Shown here: positions 10,438-20,575 of the stretch, piece after piece
Layout: each line of letters begins with the position of its first letter
Position numbering within the stretch: position 1 is the stretch's first letter
NCBI GenBank assembly: GCA_000934665.2
Contig: JYFJ02001341.1
Location: 62,001-82,575, forward strand
Direction: 5' to 3'
Origin: Catajapyx aquilonaris
Taxonomy: Eukaryota
DNA length: 20,575 bases
Notes under the pieces: model-generated
What the model was told of the DNA's origin: nothing
The model's database searches: none
What the model saw: only the letters and a program-made list of their open reading frames with translations
Program-made: the position numbers and the translations under genes

Positions 10438-10672
10438 ACCGAAGCAGTTTGGCATAGTGGATAGGGCGTTCGACTGCTAATCGGGAGGTCCTGGGTTCGA
10501 ATCCCGGGGCCGGCAACCCTGACCGTGTGGTTTTCTGTAGTTTTCCATGGTCTTCCTAGGTTAATTCCGGGGTTGCTTCCATATAATAGGCCACAGCCGC
10601 TTCCTTCCTTCCTTCCCTATCCTTGGAGGTTGGAAGGCAATGCTGGGCCAACCTCCTTAATATCAATAATAA
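10438..10672 (+). mobile_element. tRNA-derived SINE, full length (235 bp)
   Basis: Pol III A box TGGCATAGTGG 10450-10460; B box GGTTCGAATCC 10494-10504; body GGTTTTCTGTAGTTTTCC...CCGGG...AGGCCACAGCCGCTTCCTTCC resembling, from memory, the central region of insect SINEs such as Lm1/Talua; 3' hairpin 10625-10656; AAT-rich tail; perfect 13-bp flanking direct repeats. Confidence 0.93.
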
Positions 10673-10685
10673 AGTATTTTCAGGT
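10673..10685 (+). repeat. Right target-site duplication of the SINE (AGTATTTTCAGGT)
   Basis: Identical 13-mer at 10425-10437. Confidence 0.92.
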
Positions 10686-13660
10686 GATCCTCTCTTGAAA
10701 AGAGTTAGATCTTTCATTAGAAGCAGTGCTGGCTTATTGGAACATGGATATAGCCAACTCAGAAGGAAATTTTTTTAGCGAATTTTCAATGATAGGGCCC
10801 TGTAATATTCTCTTTCTACCTTGAGGTCTTCTCGTCATATTAAGCTATACCAAGAGCTATACAGTAGCCCGTTTTAGAAATTTTATTTCATTAAAGTATA
10901 GGTTACACATCTGTACCAGGAAATATGGCAAGGGTCTTTATAGATTTATTTTTGAGAAATAAGCACACGAAAAAACAATCTTTTCACCCCGCCCACGTCG
11001 GAACTATAAGTATACGTACAGTACAGTAGCACATTCTACCCTTGAGATACGGTACTCTAATACCCAGCAAGATATGCAAATGCATCTCTCAAGAGGATGG
11101 GGTAATAAGCACTAACTGGTAATTGAAATAGTTTAGGTCGCATTAAAAACAGAATATTTTATGTACTTTGTTAAGGTATTGAATAATTACGTACACTGTA
11201 TCATGTTTCAGATTAATACGGTGAATAGCGGTATATTGTATAATGCACTTGCTTAAAATGTGATGCAGTACCCTATATTATTATGAGTAGTATTTAATTA
11301 AAATGATTACAGAAATCGTGTTAAGTAAAACAGCCTACACCACATAATTATTTTATTAAATGTATATTACCGAATATTCTGATTGTTAAATACGAGGCAC
11401 AGCAATCATATACCATATACTGTTGTGGGCATTAGGAAATGCCAAACTGAATCTCCACTTGTTGACAAGGTCAGTGAATCAATGACATGAGACCCGGATG
11501 TTCTTCGTTGGCTAGTTGGCATTGTCTGCGGATCCGCATCACTGGCATCAGCACAGCATGCATAATTCTTAAGCCAATGCACAATTGGTATAAGCCTCAC
11601 TTGCATTTCAGCACAATGATAACTTATTGTTCTTTGGTCCTGTATTAAATAGTTATCAGGACATCAGGTGCTCAACGAAAGTCGTCGCCAGGCTTTGGTT
11701 TTTTATTATTAATTTATTATTAAAGATCCACACCCCCTGTGAACTCTATTGTTCAGAGTTCTGATGGTATTCTGACGTCACAGTAAACATCAGTATTACG
11801 ACCTCAGTACCTGAAGTCTTATAGGGCTAGTCGTGTATTGCGGATGAAAAATTGCGGTCTTATGTAGCATGAAATTTTTGTGTGTGTGGTATATACCGCA
11901 TTATAGTCACGGCCCGGTAATTTCCATGGCATACACTTTCATGTAGATATTTCAGTGCTGTACTGCAGGAATGAATAAATTACAACAGCATTTTTCGGCG
12001 GTCTATGTTTGTGTTGACGTAAGACTCTCATTTTCATCTGAATTTTGAAAAAGGGAAAGAGTAGAGTTATTATGGATGTGCTTCGCGGAAGAGAAACTTG
12101 AATAGAGTATAATAAACTTACATCCGTCTTATGCCCGTTGGACACAACAGTATAGTGCAGCTAGTAAAATTATTTTGCAGAACAGCGAATTATTTTACCT
12201 AAAATATAGGCTACTTTGGACAAATAGTGCTTAGCATAGGTTGCATGGCATAATGCAGATATTCAGCTTGGATAATACTAACAATATAAGTTATAATCCT
12301 CACATTCGCGGTAGGTTCTTTTTATAAACTGCTTTAGGTCTATACATTTATACGACGAAAGGGTCACATCCACTCTAGTTCGTTATATTCCACGAAGAGC
12401 TGTATTGTTCTAAACACAAGATAACTTTGGCTGCCTCAGTTATTTCTTACGTGACAACTTTCCGTCTCACATATAGGGCCTGATTTATTTTTTAAAATCC
12501 ATTTTAAGCAATTTCGGTTTTCATCTTGCTTAGGTGATTCCTTTAGTATGGAGCAGTACAATATGGAGTGGAGTGATGCCTTCAGTGACTATTTACTGTA
12601 CTGGTCGCACTCTACCATGAAAAATGGTGCACTTGCACCATTCGTTCTCTGTGCACACTCTGCCTGCGCCTTTCCGATCAAACATCACTCACAGTATAAA
12701 TATTTGCATCAACTATTTCTCTTCTACTGACTTGAAAGCACAGTATTCCAAATCCCAGAAAATGCATTTGAACAAGTTATTGTGTGGGAATAACCCAATA
12801 CAGTAGCATGTTTGCGTGTGTATTACTCATGGACCTTTAATGGCACTGCATTGCGCCACAATGTACGTGTGCAAGCGAGTGCAATATTCAACGTACAATT
12901 AAATTACTCGTATATTATTCCCATTCCTCCAATCCAATTCAATTTCGTCCCATTCTATTCAATTGCGATTCCTGCGTTTTTAAAAATACAAATAGTGTAA
13001 TGGCACTTGCTTTTTTCTTGAAAGTCTCCAGCTTGCTTATATTGCTCATTTCAATTTTTCGTAATTCATGTCAATCCTACTGATTATTGTCGTTCGCTAT
13101 TTAATTCTATTATAAGCGAACTGTTATACCTTATATCTTCCGATTTAAGTGGATTTTCCGGCCATGTTTTCTATATCACATTTTGCAGAAGCAGCTGGAT
13201 AATCCACCGCATATGAAAGCCGACTTTACGAGCCAAACTATACCCATACACCATGCAAGCCTACATCATCCCAACAATCCACTCTGGCGTCCAAATCAGT
13301 TAACCTGATGAAAAGCAGACCCTAAATATCTGGGCACACTAAACCAAGTACATAGATACTCAAAAAGCCAGCAAAATTTATTGCGAGTGACGTTCGCAAT
13401 CAGGTTCTTTCACGCAAAAATGACCTCCGCAAGGGTTCGAGTTTCCTGCCGATTTTTCCTTCCGGAAGGATGGCCGTACAGAGGATATTAACCGGATGCA
13501 ACTCCGCGGAAGTAAAAACGGCGTAAAGAGCAGTTCCGGACACCGCTGTTTGAATGCGCAAAAATGTCCTGACACTACGCCGCAGAATATATGATGAATC
13601 AAGGTGATGTCCGAGGTCTCCCGGAGACAAATACCGCTGGGGGAAGTGACAGAACAGCGG

Positions 13661-13667
13661 TATATAA
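13661..13667 (+). promoter_or_regulatory. TATA box of protease 2
   Basis: TATATAA in a GC-flanked context, 63 nt upstream of the ATG at 13724; TCAGT motifs at about 13712-13720. Confidence 0.6.
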
Positions 13668-13723
13668 GCACGTGTTTGGATCGAACAGATCTATTGGAAC
13701 TTGCAAAGTCATCAGTCAGTACA

Positions 13724-15684
13724 ATGGACATCCAGAATTTGCTGTGGTTCATCTGCCTTGCACTAGCCGTCAGATCTGCTCCTCGTCAGGTAATTAGCCA
13801 TGAATAACCTTCTCATTAAACACAAGAGATGCTATTATCAGTGTGCATACTCTTTGATTAATCAGTGGCTTTTGTCGACCCCTCTTTTGTACTGTAGGAC
13901 GACCTTCCAAAACATCGGATGACTTGCGCTAGTTGCGGTAAGTTGTGGTACATTTTGTGCATATATTTTACAATAGTACATTTGATTAGGATCATGAACG
14001 GACTCGATAGGCAAATGGGTGTTTTTATGGCGACCTGTTGAATATAATGATGGGGGGTGAATTCATTCTCGGAGCGGACGTGCCGCATTGTTAATGAAGG
14101 GATTTGCGAATTAATTTAAATCCCTAGGATTTGAATTCATAAAAGGGAGGATGTTTTTTCAGGCGGGAAAATAGCATTTTTGAATTAAGATTCCAGGGAA
14201 TAGTGTCAATATTGGCATTATGCGTCAGCACGTGACGTCAAATTTTTTTTTGCACAATATATTGCCAGAATGTTATACTGTAAAAGCACCCATGCTTTCT
14301 GATATGAAGAGTGCGGAGGGAGCTATCGAAACTTGAGGATCGTAGGTGGCAGGCCTACAGAGGTCAACGCCTACCCTTGGATGGCCGGCCTTCTGATCGG
14401 CGGTCAGATCGTGTGCGGCGGTACACTCATCAACGATCGTTACATTATGACAGCAGCCCACTGCGTCGATACGTAAGATTCACATTTTGAACCATAATTG
14501 CACGTAACTAACACTGACCGATCCGATTTCTAGCCTAACCGATCCCAAGCACATGAAAGTAGTGCTGGGTGAGCACGATCAGTCCATGACCACCGAAGCA
14601 CGAAGCACGACAGTGAACGTGGACCGTGCTATCGTGCATCCGGAGTATGGTAAGGTAACCCGAAACAACAACGACATTGCGTTGTTGAGGCTGGAAAGAT
14701 CTGTGGCCCTCAGCAAGGAGATTAATCCTGCATGTTTGACCAGACAAGGTACAGTGAAAAACTTGGAGAGGAAACAAAGTTGTTTCTGAGTGTCCGTTGT
14801 TCCCTCAGGACAAAGCTTCTCCGGGAAGAAAGGGGTTGTGATCGGATGGGGAAAGACGAATGATGACGACCCGACTTCTTTGTCCAATGTGCTGAGAGAA
14901 GTGGAAGTCGAGATCTTCCCGAACAAATGGTGCGCTGACCAATATTCGTTGGTGTCCAGTCCCATTTTGGACAGCATGTTGTGCGCTGGACACCGAAAAG
15001 GGAGCAGGGACTCTTGCAAAGGAGATAGCGGAGGTCCTTTGCACTCGCAGGGAAGCGGGAAGAGGAAAGAAGTTATTGGTAAGTTGGTATAATCTCCAAA
15101 GTTTGAAGTTGTTTCGGTAACTTCATACATACTTGACCTCCATGTGCGACGCGCCTGTTGAGGTACGGCATACTGTACCGATAACATAATATTATTTTAG
15201 TGTTTAATTAAAAGGGCCCTGATCAAAACTGACAGGCAGATTGTTGCGTCCAAATTAAATTGTTGAATATTAAATTATTCCAGTATGTTTTTGCGCATTT
15301 CATGTAGGCTAAAACGCAAAAACTGAGCTTTAAAAGCCTCGCCAATTTGGATAGGACTGGAGTTTCACCGACACAAAACGGAGCACTTACAGGGCTTCTA
15401 GTCGATTCTATATACGGCTTCGCAAACAGACAGAGAGAGACAGACGTGCTTGCTGGCAAACCCAAAAGCACCTTTAATTGATGTCTGAGATTCACATCAA
15501 ATCTCTGAGAGGATTTAGAGTCGGACCCGGTAACCCACATAATCTTTGGCTTTTGTACACAGGGATCGTCTCAACAGGCCGAGGCGGATGCGGATCAATG
15601 CATTTCCCAGGAGTATATGCCAGAGTATCCAGTTTCCTCCCGTGGATCCGGGAGAACACCAGGGACGCTTGTCCGTGCAACTAG
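13724..15684 (+). CDS. Secreted trypsin-like serine protease (S1A) zymogen 2; 6 exons, 291 aa
   Basis: Exons 13724-13789, 13898-13937, 14310-14472, 14534-14748, 14809-15078, 15563-15684 (876 nt, phases match). Signal peptide [18 protein letters not shown]; propeptide ending [19 protein letters not shown]; triad motifs TAAHC, NNDIAL, GDSGGP; Asp in the S1 pocket (RDSCK); [12 protein letters not shown]-terminus NTRDACPCN. Confidence 0.96.
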
Positions 15685-16442
15685 TCCGACACGTGACGAC
15701 AATTGAGAGGGACCAGAAGAGGCCGCGGCATGCAATTTACAGATTGCGAAGTTTGGGCAATGTAATTTCGTAACATCTTCAGGTGTCAACTCCTGAAGGA
15801 GAAGGCTTCATTTGATTATTGCGTATTACTATATGCCAGAGTGCATGTGCGGGTTATGTGTGGTTTCGCATTATTACAATCCCATCAAATCAAGCACCTT
15901 TGTTGCATTTGATTGTAATGTTGCTTGTGTAGGAGCACTAAGGTCATCCAATGCAACTCTCACGATATTTATAATTATGTAATATTTATGATCTCGCAGT
16001 AACTATAATGTGGCTCCTGTATCCTACTGATGTTGTGTACTGAACTGTCTACAAGTGTGGAAAGTTGCAGGTTGAAAGATGATTTCATTATGAGAATATT
16101 ACATTGTAACTGACAACACTTTTCACAAAGAGACCTCGTTATAACTTATAGTCATGTTACAGGTTTAAGCTTAGGCAATGTCTGGATAACTAGCAAACTT
16201 TCTGGTTTAATTAGGTTCACTTCGCTGGATGGGAGCTTTGAAGTGCCGCTGGCGGATATGTTCCGTCAAAAACAATTTATGATAGATATCAAAACCGAAA
16301 TTGTGTCAGAAATTGGAAGTGGGTTAACCACATGAATCGCGGTTGGCTTCAAACAGTTTTACGAATATCACTTCGGTTCATGTCACAACCTCCCATTTAT
16401 TCTTTGTGTCGCCAGATTTGTGATGAATGTACAAATGTAAAC

Positions 16443-16448
16443 AATAAA
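16443..16448 (+). terminator. Probable polyadenylation signal (AATAAA) of protease 2
   Basis: AATAAA followed by ATTAAA (about 16463) and a GT/T-rich element GTTGTTTTGT (about 16477-16486). Confidence 0.45.
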
Positions 16449-17405
16449 ATGTGAGGTTTGTAATTAAACATTTGGAGTTGTTTTGTCACTAGATTGTACT
16501 ATAGTATCATGTCCTAAATGCCGATTCAGACGTTTTCAATTCCTTTGCAGTCAAAGGAGAAACTAGAGAAACGTGAAATGAGGATTCTACGATTCTCGTA
16601 TGTCCCTGTGAAAGGGTTAGATTTCGAATGGAACTGGATGGAACCTCATTAAAAGTTTTCTGCAAAGCGATCTTACTGTTTTAGTGACTAACAAAATGAC
16701 TGCGGTCAGACTTCTGTGATTGCTCATGCACGGATTGCCTATTTCTTTCAATTACAAGAGAGGGCAGGTAATGCGCCAACAAATGCATAAACTGTCAATG
16801 ATGCAGCTTAGTGTATTTGTTTTAGTCAACAAACGCTTAAATAATTAGATGTACACATAGTGCTATGTCTATCTTTATATATTATTATACAACCACCACC
16901 ATCATACTATTTATTGAAGATGCTGATGGTTGTGTAACATCACCGAACGTTTTTCCGAAACTTAATTTGGCATATAAACAACTGAAGCATTGTGAACCCA
17001 ATTTGGTGCAGGTAGTACGCCTACACTGTGCCATTATATGCGCCTTACAACTACTGCAGTATACAACAAAAAAGGTGGCGCAAAACACTACGCCTTTACA
17101 TGCGTATTGAGCGGCATAATAATATGCGGACTGTTTTCGTGTACCAGCATCCCATATGTTTAAAGGTTTCACTTGTAGGTAATTAAGCGACCCTATTTGT
17201 TAACTATGTTCTATGACCCATAAATTAACTGTTCGTTAAAATTATTACAGCGTAAATTATTTGAGTGAGGATCATACGTGGGCGGACTTTTTTTCACTGC
17301 TGGGCAAGTCTCTCCCAGTAAAGCTGTTTGAATTAGACATCTCTCACATACACTGTAAATAAATCCAAAGTGGCAGTGCAGTGCCATTCACACAAAAAGA
17401 ACGAT

Positions 17406-17411
17406 TTTATT
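17406..17411 (-). terminator. Probable polyadenylation signal of the small minus-strand gene
   Basis: Minus strand reads AATAAA then TCGTTCTTTTTGTGTG, a T/GT-rich downstream element. Confidence 0.4.
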
Positions 17412-17796
17412 GACATTTAAGCAGCCATTCCTCGCAAAACAAGGTGTAATAACAAGCAGTTCAAATAGACTCTGGAGCCGAGCCTAGGGCCAAAACCATA
17501 AAGGCTCGGTGCACATGTGTATCACATGCATATTGTACGAACTACTCATTATTCAGTGCCTGCTGGACACAGAAAGGAACACAAGCACTTCCAGCGTAAA
17601 CCGCTCATTGTCTATACTGTTAGCCTATGACTTATTCACTGTTTAGTAACCTGAATGGAATCTACCCCCTTAGAGCACCATTTATAATATAATTATTCCG
17701 CGAATATTATGTGGTATATATTTTTATTGCCTTTTGTGCATAATTTCGAAAAATCGACTGCTTGAATAGTGACTGTGCGGTGAACCCTTATAGAGT

Positions 17797-18516
17797 TTAA
17801 CGGCAGGAAAAATAGTATTGATGACCCAAGGCGTAAAAGACGGCCCTCTGAACAAATAAACACGGCTGGGTTAAATCCATCTCGCTCACTTCCTTTCTGA
17901 GCTGGCACCTGGTACCTTTTTTCTGAGAAAACTATAACACACACTATGCAGAGAACACAGGAAGCCTGTACTCATCATTCATGCTTAAGGTATGACACAA
18001 TGTCGTACTTCGTATCGCTTTCTGATACACGTAAGATGTAGCCTGTCAATGCCTATCGATTATCACTTAATCATCCATTTTAAACCTCATTTGAGCTTAA
18101 AAAGTGCAAATTCTAATGTTCTTAGTGTGTTTAAAATAAATGAATAATGCACATCGGTTATGACGTGGAGTTAAAATTGAACGCTGCATTTAATTAACTT
18201 GGCGAACATGCCCTCTTTGCAGCCTTTATTAACTGAACTTTGGTAATGTAGATAAGATTGCCCGCGAGGCGTCAACGCAATATCACAGCGCATCGTTTAC
18301 CTTAGGATTTAGGTGAGTGGAAAAAAGTTCATCAAAAACAGATTCTGTCATCTGTTATTCACCTGATAGATGCATGTCTCATTGTTTCTTATGGCGCACA
18401 TATTCGTTGATTTAATGTGTATTATTCTTAAATGGGTGCCTTACCGTCGTTTTTGGATAACACGAAACGGCCATAAGCAGTTGGCTGATCAGCACCAGGC
18501 AGCACTTGAGCACCAT
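17797..18516 (-). CDS. Candidate small secreted protein or peptide precursor
   Basis: Exon 18445-18516 encodes MVLKCCLVLISQLLMAVSCYPKTT (signal-peptide-like, in-frame stop upstream of the ATG, GTAAGG donor, phase 0). Candidate exon 18301-18351 encodes MTESVFDELFSTHLNPK (phase 0-0). A candidate exon from 17922 encodes KKGTRCQLRKE, then either a GTGAGC donor at 17889 or read-through to TAA at 17797 (82 aa in total). The first exon is much better supported than the others. Confidence 0.5.
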
Positions 18517-18999
18517 CTTGGACACTTCAGTCCCCCAAGCACTCTATCCAGTATCCATCTTCCTGAAAAATCCTCTGGGCAATCTTCTGTAACGAGTCTC
18601 GTCAAAGCGCGTGCGATGACGATCAGAGCACGAGTCCCACTGACGAGCTCCCCGTAGAGCCAAGCACTCTATTCAACCCACCTAGAGTCAAGCCTGCGCC
18701 TAGCTTCTCTCACCATTTTCACTTCTTTTTTACCCTAGCCAATCTCTCTCACTCCTGATGCCTTCTGGCCTATACCCACACTGAATCAGCAGGTGAGGTC
18801 TCGGTGCAGGCTCTGTCTAATCTGATATCGAAAAAGTGATTATTTTTTTGCCTAAGGACTTTTATACGTTGGAAGATGTGTAGTTTTGCAATCAAGCCAA
18901 TGTTGACTCAGGGTGTGTTTCTGTTAGGTGCTGGGGATGATAAGAATGAGGACCTGGGGAATAAAGGGTGCGCTGCTGAATTTGAATGTCTTTTTTAAA

Positions 19000-20300
19000 A
19001 TGTAAGTGTTAGCATGTGGGCGGTTTGTCATTTTTGCTGAAAGTTAAGTGAGGATATGACTATAGGGCGTACTTGACCCATGATATTTATTGTGTAGGCG
19101 TCAATCCAAAATGGCTGTCGAAAAGGTTATTTTTTTAAAAAAATTGAAATAAGCTAGACAAACATAAAGGGGAAAACCTACAGGTCAGAAGATTGTTCTA
19201 TGCCATACATTGTATGACGTATGTTGAATACTTGTAAGAATTCTTAAATGAAGGTTGTCAACAGGTGTATGACGCACATTTTGGATCAAGGCAGCCACAC
19301 TACTGCAGTAATATAATACACATGGTGCCGAATATTCTGCGCAATTTTACAAAATAATAGGCTGAAAAGGCGGGTCGCATTTTGAAGCACTGCATTGGGG
19401 GTACATTATTGTCATTTTTGTTATGAAATTGTCGGTCCAATATCATCATACCCAACATGGTCTTGTTGATACCCAGCCAACGTGGTGCGGAAAATGCTCA
19501 TGTGTCCGACTGGTGAAAGCGGCCTTAAAAATATGTTTTCCATATGAGATATTTCACCACCTAACTACATCTGAGGAGGGAGCGAACCGGAAGCGGTTTT
19601 TTCCCCAGTAAAAGTGTAGGTTTTATGCAAATTGTGTTTAATATTTCAGTCCTCAAGTGACTTGTGAGCAGTAAGTTGAATTGACGGGTGCTTCCTGTTC
19701 CTTTTATATTCTGTGGACATTTGGAGCGCATGTACAGTACAGTACTACTTTCAGCTTTTTTTTCATATGTTCGTGGCAGGTGGATAATAATTACTGAACG
19801 TTCATTTTTACATATGACAAAATGCATAACTTACCAAAGCCTATAATTATTACAATGAAATATTTTACGGAAAAAATGTTTGACAACGACGACAACATCT
19901 TGGGGATTATTAGTGCATTCCTCATACTTCAGGTGATTACTTGGCGTCATTACGTTTGGACCTTGAGAGGTGAAGCATGCTGGAAAATCTCGTGAAAAGC
20001 TCCTGAGTCTCTCGACGTTCTATCCACGTAAGAAATAAATTTACTCCGTTAATGGAACCAAGTAGTCCGGTCGAGGAACCGAAACCCGTGCGTTTTTTGG
20101 AGGGGACCTTTTTTTTGTGATCGCAGATCATTTTTGACATCCTAAGGATGAAATTTAGCGTGAGAGCCATTTTTGTAATCTTGGCGTTTGGCCGCCATCT
20201 TGAATCCAAAATGGCCGCCGCCTCCTTTCACGTTTTTGCTTATAACTCCGCTGTGGTGCATTTGAGAGTAATGTTCCCCTCTATAAAGGTTACAGAGAAT
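19000..20300. mobile_element. Probable degenerate non-autonomous DNA-transposon-derived sequence; boundaries approximate
   Basis: AATCCAAAATGGC repeated at 19103-19115 and 20203-20215; imperfect palindrome GGCCGCCATCTTG-AATC-CAAAATGGCCGCC at 20190-20219; a single TIR-like end GTGAAAGCGGCCTTAA at 19513-19528. No transposase ORF or paired TIRs seen. Confidence 0.35.
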
Positions 20301-20575
20301 TGTATGGCAGACAGTTAGGTGCCAAACGTAACATCCTGGTGGTAGTAGTTCCAGAGTTACAGCCGGTTTTATGCGTGAAGACTGGAAAATTGAACAATTG
20401 CGATGCCCTTTTTTACTGATAACTTTGTTTTCGTTTACCGACGAAAGATTTTGTCGAAACAAAAGTGTGAGGAAATGCAATTGCAAACATTTTCGTACCA
20501 TGACTGGCCTAATCGGATAATTAGGAGTGAAGTAATCTTACGTTTAACACATATACAATTAGCAAGTTATCTTCG

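Noticed and set aside
10443..10515. Functional tRNA-Ser(GCT) gene
   Set aside because: The acceptor stem has three mismatches, there is no long variable arm, and the sequence continues into a SINE body flanked by a TSD.
11406..11606. Minus-strand ORF as a further exon of the 8-9.7 kb unit
   Set aside because: Poor polypyrimidine tract and weak donor, and the ATG-only exon at 9654-9656 already provides a start.
13604..13723. N-terminal extension of protease 2 from upstream starts
   Set aside because: It would span the TATA box at 13661, and the ATG at 13724 directly begins a good signal peptide.
14579..15187. 202-aa minus-strand ORF (also 5848-6174 and 6966-7259)
   Set aside because: Antisense shadows of the protease coding exons.
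16865..17172. Overlapping Cys-rich ORFs on both strands
   Set aside because: No signal peptide, domain or splice support; the composition follows from TG/CA-rich intergenic sequence.
19513..19528. Complete PIF/Harbinger-type MITE
   Set aside because: Only one TIR-like end was found; no matching inverted copy was seen in the window.
1..20575. CRISPR array, operon or other prokaryotic system
   Set aside because: Spliceosomal introns and a SINE show the DNA is eukaryotic, and no regularly spaced repeats were seen.

Overview
Eukaryotic (arthropod-like) genomic DNA with short introns, mostly 55-100 nt. (1) Minus strand, about 255-4479: at least 13 phase-compatible exons of a single-pass receptor tyrosine kinase with three FN3-like ectodomain modules (two from an exon-pair duplication), a transmembrane helix, a tyrosine-bearing juxtamembrane region and the start of the kinase domain. 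The rest of the kinase lies outside the window and the signal-peptide exon is not securely identified. (2) Plus strand: two complete, paralogous secreted trypsin-type S1A protease genes (5021-7229, 7 exons, 295 aa; 13724-15684, 6 exons, 291 aa), both with intact catalytic triads. (3) A 235-bp tRNA-derived SINE at 10438-10672 with a perfect 13-bp target-site duplication. (4) Two less certain minus-strand spliced units that the ORF track does not resolve: one at about 7.8-9.7 kb with a signal peptide, N-glycosylation sequons and a possible terminal KDEL (either a separate gene or the missing 5' end of the kinase gene), and a small secreted-peptide candidate at about 17.4-18.8 kb. The last 1.5 kb looks like degenerate transposon-derived sequence. 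All gene models were assembled by hand from splice signals and reading-frame phase; no database search was run.
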